Counted from the stretch's first letter, positions 1-9,567 are shown. The stretch: 55,715 nt of DNA from Marinobacter sp. (GCA_041591245.1 JBFHSI010000001.1:1-55715); one strand, 5' to 3'. The notes: a model not told the origin generated them from the sequence alone. A program made the numbers and translations.

Positions 1-14
1 TGGTGCGCGAGTGA
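1..14 (+). CDS. 3' end of an upstream CDS (partial; possibly a TlpA-family thioredoxin, which usually precedes DUF4266)
   Basis: Only ..VRE* (GTG CGC GAG TGA, 3-14) is visible. The identity is inferred from typical operon context. Confidence 0.25.
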
Positions 15-34
15 TTCGGTACAGGCCAAAGATT

Positions 35-271
35 ATGGGCAGATTGACCATTCGGGTGTTGTTGCTGGCGGTGCTGGTGGTTTCCGGCACCACCGGTTGC
101 AGTCCCATCAAGCCCTGGGTAAAACCCTATGAAAGGGACAAGCTGGCGGATCCAGTGATGAGCCTGAGTCGTCATGGCAAGGCGGATGTGTATATGCACC
201 ACGTCTATCAGGCCCGTGAATCTGCCCGGGGTGCCGAAGGTGGTTCAGGAGGCGGCTGTGGCTGTAACTGA
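35..271 (+). CDS. DUF4266 family small lipoprotein
   Basis: Signal peptide ending TTGC, the VKPYERxxLADPVM motif and the diagnostic C-terminal GGGCGCN. ATG 35 chosen (track starts at GTG 11). Confidence 0.85.
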   Translation: MGRLTIRVLLLAVLVVSGTTGCSPIKPWVKPYERDKLADPVMSLSRHGKADVYMHHVYQARESARGAEGGSGGGCGCN

Positions 272-1418
272 TATCCGCGACAGGCTGATCCGCCAGGCAG
301 GGCTGCTGGTCCTGTTGTGGCTGCCGGTTTCCGGTATTGCAGCAACGCTGCCGGCGGACAATGTAGACATGCTGTACCACCGTTACGACGGCGGCGGCAT
401 GGTCATTGATGGTCCGTCGGTGCTGGTCAGGAAAAGCGTTGGCTCTTCGGTGTCACTGACCGGCCAGTACTATGTGGACTCGGTATCCGCGGCATCCGTG
501 GATGTGCTGGCCACCGCCAGTGAGTATACCGAGGAGCGTAACGAATATACCGTCGGCGTGGACTATCTGCATGAGGATGCCACTCTGAGCCTGGGCTTTA
601 CCAACAGTTCAGAGAACGACTACGAGGCAAATACCGTGTATTTCTCGGTGAGCCAGGAGTTCTTCGGAGGTATGTCCACAATTACCATGGGGTATGCCAA
701 CGGCTGGGATGAGATTGGTAAGGTCGGCAATGACACCTTCAGTGAAGAGGCGGACCGGCGCAATTACCAGCTGGGCCTGAGTCAGGTGCTCAGCCGCAAC
801 AGCTTGGTGGGCATTGATCTGGAAGTGGTGACGGATGAGGGCTACCTGCAGAACCCATACCGCCAGAACCGGTATCTGGATCCCAATAACCCGGGTGCCT
901 ATCTGTATCAGCCAGAGCGTTATCCGGAAACCCGGACCAGTACCTCCGTGGCTGCCAGGGCGCTCTATTATCTGCCGTACCGGGCATCCATCCGCGGCGA
1001 GTACCGCTACTTTACCGACAGCTGGGGCATAGAGGCCCATACGGTGGAACTGGCCTATGTCCACGGACTGACCGAACGCTGGACCCTGGAAGGCTCGGTA
1101 CGCTACTACACCCAGGATGCTGCAGATTTCTACAGTGACCTGTATGCCTATGAAAACTCGCAGACCCATCTGGCCCGGGACAAGGAGCTGAGCACCCTGT
1201 CGGGAACCACCTTTGCTACCGGTGCTGTCTACGAATGGAAGCAGACATCAGTGCCGGGTATCAAAAGGCTGCAGTTCAGCCTTCTCGTAGACTGGCTTAA
1301 CTTTGAATACGACGATTTCCGGGACCTAACCGCGTCGGGCACTTATCAGCCTGGCGAGGAACCGCTTTATTCCTTTGATGCACTGGTTACCCGTGCATCT
1401 CTGATACTCGAATACTGA
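258..1418 (+). CDS. DUF3570 family outer-membrane beta-barrel protein
   Basis: GTG 258 with AGGAGG at 247-252, signal peptide, motifs YYVDSVSAAS-VDV and RYFTDSWGI, alternating beta-strands and an aromatic C-terminal residue (LEY). Confidence 0.85.
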   Translation: MAVTDIRDRLIRQAGLLVLLWLPVSGIAATLPADNVDMLYHRYDGGGMVIDGPSVLVRKSVGSSVSLTGQYYVDSVSAASVDVLATASEYTEERNEYTVGVDYLHEDATLSLGFTNSSENDYEANTVYFSVSQEFFGGMSTITMGYANGWDEIGKVGNDTFSEEADRRNYQLGLSQVLSRNSLVGIDLEVVTDEGYLQNPYRQNRYLDPNNPGAYLYQPERYPETRTSTSVAARALYYLPYRASIRGEYRYFTDSWGIEAHTVELAYVHGLTERWTLEGSVRYYTQDAADFYSDLYAYENSQTHLARDKELSTLSGTTFATGAVYEWKQTSVPGIKRLQFSLLVDWLNFEYDDFRDLTASGTYQPGEEPLYSFDALVTRASLILEY

Positions 1419-1437
1419 TTTGGCAGGAAGACTGATC

Positions 1438-1983
1438 ATGGCGATATCGTTCAAGTCCCTTGGTGTTGCAGCTGGTGCCGGCCTGTGGCTGGCGCTGGCA
1501 GGGCCTGCAGCCGCACAATCCGACGACAGCGCTGATACCAAGGCGGTAGCGGAGTCGGTGGAAGATCTCAAGAAGCAGGTGATAAGCCTGAACCGGGACC
1601 TGTTCATTCTGGAAGAGGATCTGCTGTTTCCCGCCAGCACCCAGGTTGCGGTGTTTCTGAGTGTGGATGCCGGTGAGTTCCTGAAACTGGATTCGGTAAA
1701 GCTGAAGGTGGACGGCGATGTGGTGGCTGCCTATCTGTACACGGATCGTCAGATTCAGGCCCTGGAGCGGGGTGGCATGCAACGGCTCTACGTGGGAAAC
1801 CTGAAGACCGGCAGTCATGAAGTGACCGCTTTTGTTGAAGGTATAGGTCCGGACAACCGGGCATACAAACAGGCGGCCACGCTGGAGTTCGAGAAGGCAA
1901 CTGGCACTGCAGCCCTTGAAATCCGGGTGCAGGACCGCTCCTCCGATTACCAGCCCGAAGTTTCCATTGTGGAATGGGAGTAA
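1438..1983 (+). CDS. Secreted conserved protein of DUF3570/TPR/ExbBD clusters (coiled coil + beta domain; often mislabelled AraC)
   Basis: Signal peptide (AAA|Q), LNRDLFILEEDLLFP and GGMQRLYVGNL motifs, no HTH. Confidence 0.75.
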   Translation: MAISFKSLGVAAGAGLWLALAGPAAAQSDDSADTKAVAESVEDLKKQVISLNRDLFILEEDLLFPASTQVAVFLSVDAGEFLKLDSVKLKVDGDVVAAYLYTDRQIQALERGGMQRLYVGNLKTGSHEVTAFVEGIGPDNRAYKQAATLEFEKATGTAALEIRVQDRSSDYQPEVSIVEWE

Positions 1984-3932
1984 ACCGCACTGTGGGACTG
2001 ATGGCAGGTATTCCGTTCCGAAGGCTGTCGGCACTGGTTGCCGGTGGTTGCCTGTGCTGGGCCGCAGTGGCACCGGTCCAGGCTGACGAGTCCTTGCCCG
2101 GGCACGCCCGGGATCTGAACTACGGCTGGATGCTGTACAGCTACCACCAGGGCAAAGCCTTTGACGCGCTGACCCGGTTGGGGGTTGCCCGGGAGCGGGG
2201 GGGCATTAAGGGGCATGGGGATTATCCTGAGTTGCTGGAAGGCAGCCTGATGCTGTCCTACGGCATGACCCGGGAAGCCGGCCAGGTGTTTACCGAGCTG
2301 CTGGGAAGGGATGGAGCCGGCAGCTCACTGTCTCCGGAAGTGCGTAATCAGGCCTGGTTCTATCTTGGCAAGGTGCTGTATCTGCAGGGTGATTACGAAC
2401 TGGCCCTGGGCAATCTGCAACGGGTGGATGGGGATGTTCTGGAGGACAGCGACGCCGCTCTGTATGAGGAATGGCTGTATCTGCAGGCCCGTCTTGCCAT
2501 GACTTTCCCGGGAGCCGGCGATGCTGAGGCTATCCGGGAACAGATGGATGAAGATACGCTCTGGTCAGACTATCTGGTGTACAACCATGCCATGCAACAG
2601 GTTGCCGACGGTGACCGCGAAGCTGCGGTAGAGACCCTGGTTGAGCTGATTGAGGACATGGAGGACCGGGGCCCCGAAACCGAAGATGAAACCCGGGAAT
2701 TCCACGCTCTGATCGACAAGAGCCGGCTGTCGCTGGCACGTCTGTATGTGGATGCCAACCGCTTTGATATAGCCCAGAAAACCCTTTGGAATTTGCCTGT
2801 AAACGGACCTTTTTCGGACCGGGCCCTGTTTGACTATGCCATCGCTGCCGCCGGCAGGGGCGATATGCAAAGGGCCTTCAATGCCATGGAGACCCTGTCC
2901 CGGAAAGAACTGTTCACACCCTGGCTGCAGCAGGTTCCCTATGCCCGGGGCTACCTTCTGGAACAGATGAATCGCCCCCGGGAGGCCCTGGCCGCGTTCC
3001 GGGAAGCCGCAAGCGAATATGAAGAACTGGATGCCCGCCTGGTCCAGGCCCGGGCTGAACTGACGGAAGAAAAGCTGCTGTCAGGTCTGCGTTTCAGTAC
3101 CGATGGTGGTGATGTGCAGACCGATGCCTATGGTCGCCTGCAGGTTGTACCTGAAGATTTTGCCCTGTCCGGAATTCTCGCCACGGAATCCTTCCAGCAG
3201 GCCCTCAGCGAATTGCACGAGCTCTACCAGATTGGTGCATTCCTCGGGGACTGGCTGAAACAGCTGGATTCTTTCCGGGCCATGCTGGAGACCCGCAGGA
3301 TCTATCGGGACTCCCGGATAGATCAGACCCGGGAAGTGCTTGCCGGGCTTGGGACTGATACATGGCTGGTAGAACATGAACAGCTCCGTCAGCAGATAGG
3401 TGAGGCTCTGGAGCGGGAAGATGCCGAATTCTTCATGACCACAGAACAGAAGGCTCTGAAACGGAAGCTGGACAAGGTGGCGGAGACTCTGGCGAAACTG
3501 CCGGATGACGAACGCACTGCCAGCCAGAGGGAAAAGTTCCGGCGTATGCAGGCCTATTTCAACTGGTGGATTGTGGATGACTACGGGATCAATCGCTGGG
3601 CCGCACAGAAACAGCTCCGGGAGCTGGACAGGGTTATGGCCGTTCATGTTTCCCAGTACGAAAAGATCGAACAGCTCATGGCGGAAGACAGGGAGAACCA
3701 GCAGTTGGGTCAACGCCTGGAACAGAAAGAACAGGAACTGCTGAGCCTGCAGGCTCGCTTGTCCGGTGTCCTGGATATTGCCCGGGCACAGCTGATGGCA
3801 AGCGTTGATGAAGCCCTGGCGAAACGCAGGGAACAGTTACGGGGCTACCTGGTGGCTTCCCGTCATGCCCAGGCTCGCCTGGCCGACCAGTTGTTCCGGT
3901 CCGGAGCGGTACAGGGAGGGGCTGATGAATAA
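1974..3932 (+). CDS. Secreted TPR/coiled-coil protein (GltC-like)
   Basis: Signal peptide (VQA|D), TPR-like helices (AWFYLGKVLYLQGDYELA) and a long C-terminal coiled coil. Start could be 2001. Confidence 0.75.
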   Translation: MGVNRTVGLMAGIPFRRLSALVAGGCLCWAAVAPVQADESLPGHARDLNYGWMLYSYHQGKAFDALTRLGVARERGGIKGHGDYPELLEGSLMLSYGMTREAGQVFTELLGRDGAGSSLSPEVRNQAWFYLGKVLYLQGDYELALGNLQRVDGDVLEDSDAALYEEWLYLQARLAMTFPGAGDAEAIREQMDEDTLWSDYLVYNHAMQQVADGDREAAVETLVELIEDMEDRGPETEDETREFHALIDKSRLSLARLYVDANRFDIAQKTLWNLPVNGPFSDRALFDYAIAAAGRGDMQRAFNAMETLSRKELFTPWLQQVPYARGYLLEQMNRPREALAAFREAASEYEELDARLVQARAELTEEKLLSGLRFSTDGGDVQTDAYGRLQVVPEDFALSGILATESFQQALSELHELYQIGAFLGDWLKQLDSFRAMLETRRIYRDSRIDQTREVLAGLGTDTWLVEHEQLRQQIGEALEREDAEFFMTTEQKALKRKLDKVAETLAKLPDDERTASQREKFRRMQAYFNWWIVDDYGINRWAAQKQLRELDRVMAVHVSQYEKIEQLMAEDRENQQLGQRLEQKEQELLSLQARLSGVLDIARAQLMASVDEALAKRREQLRGYLVASRHAQARLADQLFRSGAVQGGADE

Positions 3933-6813
3933 CCTCCGTCGTTACAGAGCTCTGGCTACCCGGCACCTGGCCACAGGCGCGGCGGTGCTGGTACTGGCCG
4001 GGTGCCAGGCCATGCCCTGGCCCTTTGCTGACCGGAGTGCAGGCCGGGATACGGATACCCTGACCCTGGGTGAACTGCCCGATACGGTGGCCGCTATACC
4101 GGCAACTCCGGATCCGTCTGCAGGCCCGGCAGAGGCGGTTTCACTAGAGACAGTGATGGACAGCTACCGGGCACTGCTGCCACTGGTGGAAGACCCCGTT
4201 ACCCAGGTCACCATCCGTCACCGTCTCGCGGATCTGGAGTTCATGCGGGCGGAACAGAAAATTGCCGATACCGCAGTGGATGAACTGTCCGGTGCCATTG
4301 ATGCCTATGTCAATCTGCTGACCGAGCATCCGGACCGGGAGGGTAACGACCAGATCTACTACCAGCTGGCCAGGGCCTGGGAACTGCGGGGAATGACGGC
4401 GGAGGAGCTGGACACCCTGAACACGCTGGTACAGACCTATCCGGACTCCCCTTACTGGGTGGAAGCCCAGTTCCGGCGCGCCGACCTGATGTTTACCGAT
4501 GGTCGCTACCGGGATGCCGAGCAGGCTTTCAGTGAGGTGGCGCGGGTCAGCCGGGAACGGGAAGCTGATGCCTCGTTTCTGGTGAATGCCCACTACATGA
4601 AGGGCTGGAGTCAGTTCAAGCAAGGCAATTATCAGCAGGCACTTCTGAGCTTTATTGATGTGCTGGACCTGGTATTGCCGGAAGGGCAGCCGGTTCAGGA
4701 CATCGACCAGCGTAACCGTACCCTGACTGAAGACCTGTTCCGGGTATTCGGCCTGTCCCTGACCTATCTGGACGGTGCGGACACCCTGCAGGCCCTGTTC
4801 CGGGAAACCGGCAGCCGACCCTACGAAATCCTGATCTATGAGCGGTACAGCAGCCTGCTGGTGGAGCGGGAGCAGTATTCCGATGCCATTGAAGTGTATG
4901 AAGCCTTTATTGAGGATCACCCGGACAGCCGCTGGGCGCCCAGGTATTACATCAATATTATCCAGACCCTGGAACTGGCCGGTTTCGGGCGTACGGTACC
5001 GGAGCGCAAGGCAGCCTTTGTCCGGGAATATGGTCTGTACAGCGACTACTGGGCTGGTGCTGACGAAGAAACCCTCGGCTATATAAAAGAGCAGCTGGAG
5101 CCCATGCTGTCGGAACTTGCTGACAGGGAGTATCTGCTGGCCGGGGAAACCAAGAAAGCAGCGGATGCCCGGGACCACTACCGGCAGTCTGCAGCCTATA
5201 ACGAGGAGTTCGTTGCCACCTTCCCGACCCATTCAGGTACGCCGGAACGTTTGTTCCTGCTGGGTGAAACCTATATCGAACTGCAGGACTGGCCCTCGGC
5301 GATTACCGCGTTCGAGCGGGTGGCCTATGACTTTTCCTACGGGGACGAGGTGCCGGGTCGGGCAGCGGAAGCCGGATATGCGGCGGTACTGGCATTTCGT
5401 GAATACGCGAAGACCTGGCCGCAGGAACCTGAATCAGAGCTGACCGGCTATCAGGAGCTCCAGCAGCTCAACCGGTTGCGCTTCGTTAACGCCTTCCCGG
5501 AGGACCCCCGGGCGCCGGATGTGTTCTATATCGCGTTACAGCGGGAATACGAACAGAGCAACTGGGAAGAGGTGGTTGCCATGTCCGCCCGCCTGGTGAC
5601 CTGGCAGCCGGCTCCGCCCCAGACGCTGATTACCGAAGCCCTGCTGCTGTCTGGCCACAGCCTGTTTGAGCTGGAGCGTTATGGTGAGGCTGAACAGTCC
5701 TACCGGGAGGCTTTGGCGGCCATGCCGGAAACCGACGAGCGGCGTACCGGAGTCATGGAGAACCTGGCCGCATCTGTATTCCGTCAGGCAGAACAGCTGG
5801 CCGAAGCCGGAGATGTGGATGCTGCCGTTGGCGAATACCTGAGGGTCGGAGTGCTGGTGCCGACATCCGCCCTGCGGGCCAATGCCGAATACGATGCCGC
5901 ATCCCTGCTGATTACTGCCGCGCGCTGGGATGAGGCTGCAACGGTCCTGAACGGATTCCGGGCACGCTTCCCGGACCATGAACTGGCCAATACCGTGCCC
6001 GCAAAACTGGCGCTGGCATACCGGGAAACCGGACAGTGGGAAAAGGCGGGGGATGAACTCAACCTTATGGTGGCCATGGCCTCCACCCCCGAAGAACACA
6101 GGGAAAACATGAGCATTGCCGCTGAGCTCTATGACAAGGCGGGCAATACCCAAAAGGCCATCACTGCCTGGGAGGATTACGCAAAGGCCTATCCGGAGCC
6201 TGCCGGGGAATATATGGAAGCCGCTAACCGGCTGGCGGAGCTGTACGAGTCCCAAGGCGATATCGCCAGCAGAAACACCTGGCTGTACCGGCAGATGGAC
6301 GTGGTTGACGGCAATCCTGATGCCAGTGATGACCGCATGCGCTGGCTGGCGGCTTCCGCCTCCGCAGTTCTGGCCCGGGAAGCCCTGGCCCGCTATGACG
6401 CCATAAGCCTGACTCTGCCCCTGGCCGACAGTATGGCTGCCAAGTCCGCAGCCCTGGAAGAGGCGGTCAATGCCTACCAGAAAACAGCAGGTTACGGCCT
6501 GTCCTCCTTTGCCACCGAAGCCGGCTACCAGATCGCCCATATCTATGGTCGCCTGGGATCAGACCTGATGAATTCGGAAAGACCAGCAGGGCTTTCCGAG
6601 CTGGAGCTGGAACAGTATGAACTGCTGCTGGAAGAGCAGGCCTATCCCTTTGAGGATAACGCCATTGATATCCACGAGCAGAATATCCTGCGGGCCAGAG
6701 AGGGCATTTTCGACGAGTGGGTGCAGCGGAGTTACGAGGCGCTGCGGCAGCTACTGCCGGGCCGATACAACAAACAGGAAGTTACAACCGGAGTCGTCAA
6801 TGAGCTGGGCTAA
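3925..6813 (+). CDS. Large TPR lipoprotein (GltD/AgmU-like)
   Basis: ATG 3925 overlaps the previous stop, lipobox VLAGC, many TPR repeats (YYQLARAWE, AHYMKGWSQFK), C-terminal LEEQAYPFEDNAIDIHEQN...W...L..L.P.RY. Confidence 0.8.
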   Translation: MNNLRRYRALATRHLATGAAVLVLAGCQAMPWPFADRSAGRDTDTLTLGELPDTVAAIPATPDPSAGPAEAVSLETVMDSYRALLPLVEDPVTQVTIRHRLADLEFMRAEQKIADTAVDELSGAIDAYVNLLTEHPDREGNDQIYYQLARAWELRGMTAEELDTLNTLVQTYPDSPYWVEAQFRRADLMFTDGRYRDAEQAFSEVARVSREREADASFLVNAHYMKGWSQFKQGNYQQALLSFIDVLDLVLPEGQPVQDIDQRNRTLTEDLFRVFGLSLTYLDGADTLQALFRETGSRPYEILIYERYSSLLVEREQYSDAIEVYEAFIEDHPDSRWAPRYYINIIQTLELAGFGRTVPERKAAFVREYGLYSDYWAGADEETLGYIKEQLEPMLSELADREYLLAGETKKAADARDHYRQSAAYNEEFVATFPTHSGTPERLFLLGETYIELQDWPSAITAFERVAYDFSYGDEVPGRAAEAGYAAVLAFREYAKTWPQEPESELTGYQELQQLNRLRFVNAFPEDPRAPDVFYIALQREYEQSNWEEVVAMSARLVTWQPAPPQTLITEALLLSGHSLFELERYGEAEQSYREALAAMPETDERRTGVMENLAASVFRQAEQLAEAGDVDAAVGEYLRVGVLVPTSALRANAEYDAASLLITAARWDEAATVLNGFRARFPDHELANTVPAKLALAYRETGQWEKAGDELNLMVAMASTPEEHRENMSIAAELYDKAGNTQKAITAWEDYAKAYPEPAGEYMEAANRLAELYESQGDIASRNTWLYRQMDVVDGNPDASDDRMRWLAASASAVLAREALARYDAISLTLPLADSMAAKSAALEEAVNAYQKTAGYGLSSFATEAGYQIAHIYGRLGSDLMNSERPAGLSELELEQYELLLEEQAYPFEDNAIDIHEQNILRAREGIFDEWVQRSYEALRQLLPGRYNKQEVTTGVVNELG

Positions 6814-7378
6814 ACCTCTGGCAGTTGCCACATTGTTTGCGGTGTTGCTGAGCGGATGCGCGCTGAGTCCCGGAAAAGGTTCAGGTACCTCGGGGGCTCC
6901 CGGGGCTGATCCATCCTTACAGAAGGCCTTTGCAGAGGCTGTGAACCTGATGCAGGCGGGTAATACCGGCGAAGCCAAAGCCCGTTTCCAGGAACTGGCG
7001 AAAGCCCATCCGGAGCGCACCGGGCCGCTGGCGAACCTGGGGGTTCTGGCCTATCAGGCTGGTAATCCGGACGAGGCCCGGGGTTACTTCGAGGCGGTGA
7101 TTACCCTGGATCCGGGGCACAAGGCTGCGCTCAATTATCTGGGGGTGATTGCCCGTCTGAACGGTGATTTTGAACAGGCTGAAGGCTTTTACCTCAAGGC
7201 CCTTGAGGCGGATCCGGATTATCTGCCGGCCATGCTGAACCTGGGCATTCTTCTGGATATCTATCTGGGGCGCCCGGAAGAGGCGATTCCCCTGTATGAA
7301 CAGTACCAGGCCATGGCTCCGGATATGCAACCGGGGCTGGAAGACTGGATTTTTGATGCCAAGAACCGGCTGCAATGA
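6800..7378 (+). CDS. TPR lipoprotein (GltE/AglT-like)
   Basis: ATG 6800, lipobox LLSGC, 3-4 TPRs (NLGVLAY, NYLGVIAR, NLGILLDIY). Confidence 0.8.
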   Translation: MSWAKPLAVATLFAVLLSGCALSPGKGSGTSGAPGADPSLQKAFAEAVNLMQAGNTGEAKARFQELAKAHPERTGPLANLGVLAYQAGNPDEARGYFEAVITLDPGHKAALNYLGVIARLNGDFEQAEGFYLKALEADPDYLPAMLNLGILLDIYLGRPEEAIPLYEQYQAMAPDMQPGLEDWIFDAKNRLQ

Positions 7379-7388
7379 GGTGACGGAC

Positions 7389-7700
7389 ATGACTATGTGC
7401 AAGTACCTGCTTCCGGTGGCAGCTCTGATGCTGGCCGTGCCCGGGCTACAGGCCCAGGAGTCCGGGGTGATGACTATCGAAGGTGCACGTATCCGTGGTG
7501 ATCAGGAAATGCCCACGGTGATGTACCTGGTGCCCTGGCAGCCCCCGACAGCGGAGACGCTCCCGGGGCGGGATGAGCGTCTGCTGGTGTCCCAGGCGTT
7601 TGAGCCTCTGGAGCGATACGAATTCCAGCGGCTGGTGAAATATTACGAAGTTTTTCGCCAGAGCCAGGAGGAAAACGCTCCGGCACCGGACAGTCCCTGA
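7389..7700 (+). CDS. Small secreted protein (GltF-like)
   Basis: GAGG SD and ATG 7389, signal peptide (LQA|Q), conserved-looking IEGARIRGDQEMPTVMYLVPW motif. Confidence 0.7.
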   Translation: MTMCKYLLPVAALMLAVPGLQAQESGVMTIEGARIRGDQEMPTVMYLVPWQPPTAETLPGRDERLLVSQAFEPLERYEFQRLVKYYEVFRQSQEENAPAPDSP

Positions 7701-7834
7701 GAACAGCATCACAACCTGCCTGTGCCTGAACGCAAGGGAAAACAAACCGCTACAAAGACTTTCGCGAACTTACCCCTACCGGGCCCATAGCCCTTTACAC
7801 TGATCCAAATACCGGACCATGGAGTACTACCAAA

Positions 7835-8530
7835 ATGATTGATACCGCCGTTCGCTTCTTCCAGGAAGGTGGCTTTTTTATGTATCCGATTGCTGTTGTT
7901 CTGATCATCGGACTCATTGTAGCCATTGAACGATATGTATACCTGTCTGCGCAGAAACTGACCAATCGTCGGGATTTCAATCGTCTGCACCAGCTGATCG
8001 CCAAGCGTGATTACAAAAATGCCCTGAACTACGCCACGGATTCCGGAACCGCCATGTCCACCATGATTGGATTCGGCCTGCAGCGTCTGGCCCGCCGTCA
8101 GGGCCGTGAGGAAATCGAATACGCCATGGAAGAAGGCCTGCTGGACGTTATGCCGCGCCTGGAAAAACGCACCCAGTACCTGGCTACTCTGGCCAATATC
8201 GCAACCCTGCTGGGGCTGCTCGGTACCATCATTGGTCTGATCGCTGCGTTTACTGCAGTGGCTTCTGCCGATCCGGCGGAGAAGGCCAGCCTGCTGTCCC
8301 AGAGTATTTCCGTGGCCATGAACACCACCGCTTTCGGTCTTATGTCCGCCATTCCCATGCTGCTGATCCACTCGCTGCTGCAAACCAAGACCAACGAGAT
8401 TGTCGACAGTTTTGAAATGGCCGGAGTCAAGATTCTCAACCTGCTGAGTGATGGCAACGGACAGCGTTCCCAGGTACAGGGCACACCTGCTGCAGCAAAG
8501 GTAGCCACTCCGGCTGGCTCAGCGGCCTGA
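7835..8530 (+). CDS. MotA/TolQ/ExbB proton channel protein (AglR-like)
   Basis: Three TM helices, ATLLGLLGTIIGLI and ISVAMNTTAFGL motifs. Confidence 0.92.
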   Translation: MIDTAVRFFQEGGFFMYPIAVVLIIGLIVAIERYVYLSAQKLTNRRDFNRLHQLIAKRDYKNALNYATDSGTAMSTMIGFGLQRLARRQGREEIEYAMEEGLLDVMPRLEKRTQYLATLANIATLLGLLGTIIGLIAAFTAVASADPAEKASLLSQSISVAMNTTAFGLMSAIPMLLIHSLLQTKTNEIVDSFEMAGVKILNLLSDGNGQRSQVQGTPAAAKVATPAGSAA

Positions 8531-8555
8531 TAACCAGAAAAAAGGACATCAGGCC

Positions 8556-9068
8556 ATGAGACGGAAACATCGTCGGTTACATACAGAGCCGGATCTGGAC
8601 ATCACGCCTTTCATGAACCTCATGATTGTGCTGGTGCCGGTTCTGCTGCTGAATATGGTGTTTGCCCACACCAGTGTGCTGGAGTTGAACTTTCCCACCG
8701 GAGACAGCCTGAATCAGGATCAGCAGGAAGAGCTACAGATTCAGGTGATCGTCTACGAAGACCAGCTGGTAGTGGCAGCCAATCAGGGTGGCGTTATCAA
8801 GGTCATTCCCAAGGCGGATGGGGAATACAACTTTATTAAGCTCAAGGACGTCATGAAGGAGCTGAAAAGCCGGGTTCCTGCAAAGAAAGACGTCATTATC
8901 ATGCCTTCCACCCAGACCAGCTACCAGACTCTGGTGACGGTCATGGATACGGTTCGTTCCTATGAGACGGTTGTTGCCGGCAGTGTGGTTGATGCCGAAC
9001 TGTTTCCGGACATCTCTCTTGGTGATGCACCTGCGCAGACCGGCAAGGACGGAGGGGTGAGCTCATGA
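8556..9068 (+). CDS. ExbD/TolR family subunit 1 (canonical TM Asp replaced by Asn)
   Basis: Basic N-terminus, TM LDITPFMNLMIVLVPVLL, C-terminal YQTLVTVMD. Confidence 0.85.
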   Translation: MRRKHRRLHTEPDLDITPFMNLMIVLVPVLLLNMVFAHTSVLELNFPTGDSLNQDQQEELQIQVIVYEDQLVVAANQGGVIKVIPKADGEYNFIKLKDVMKELKSRVPAKKDVIIMPSTQTSYQTLVTVMDTVRSYETVVAGSVVDAELFPDISLGDAPAQTGKDGGVSS

Positions 9069-9565
9069 AAGAATCCGCCAAGGCCCGCCGGGTCAGGCGT
9101 CATCAGCGGCGCAGCCAGAATCAGAGCAAGCTGAACCTGGTTTCACTGATGGACATATTTACCATTCTGGTGTTCTTCCTGATGGTGAATTCGTCCTCGG
9201 ACGTTCAGGTCCTTAACCAGAACAGCACCATCAAACTGCCGGATTCCACGGCGGAGAAATCCCCCGATGAAGTGTTGGCGCTGACGGTGACCGATGAGGA
9301 CATTCTGGTGAACGGCCGGGTTGTGCTCAAACGTGCAGCGCTGCTTGCCTTTGACGGGCAGGTTGAGCCGGCACTGAAGGAAGAGCTGAACTATCAGGCC
9401 AGCCGTACCTTGGTTTCGGCACCGGATACCGGGCGCCCGATTACCATTCTGGCAGACCGGGAGCTTCCCTATGAGCTGCTGAAGAAAATCATGTCCACCT
9501 GCGTGGATGCCGGTTACGCCGCTATTTCACTGGCGGTGAATCAGCATAAGGAACAGGGGGCCTGA
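9065..9565 (+). CDS. ExbD/TolR family subunit 2 (AglS-like)
   Basis: LNLVSLMDIFTILVFFLM with the conserved Asp; ILADRELPYELLKKIM. Confidence 0.88.
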   Translation: MKESAKARRVRRHQRRSQNQSKLNLVSLMDIFTILVFFLMVNSSSDVQVLNQNSTIKLPDSTAEKSPDEVLALTVTDEDILVNGRVVLKRAALLAFDGQVEPALKEELNYQASRTLVSAPDTGRPITILADRELPYELLKKIMSTCVDAGYAAISLAVNQHKEQGA

Positions 9566-9567
9566 CA

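Noticed and set aside
174-257. Longer N-termini given by the ORF track (also starts at 3805, 6617, 7296, 11068, 30716, 37428, 42213, 43839, 46956, 47722)
   Set aside because: Downstream starts have SD sequences and put signal peptides or family N-termini in the right place; most of the extensions overlap neighbouring genes or promoters.
7701-7834. 134-bp A/C-rich gap inside the envelope operon, considered as a c-di-GMP riboswitch, terminator or internal promoter
   Set aside because: No GEMM-type stems or tetraloop/receptor pair, no stem plus U tract and no convincing -35/-10 pair by eye. An Rfam search would be needed to exclude it fully.
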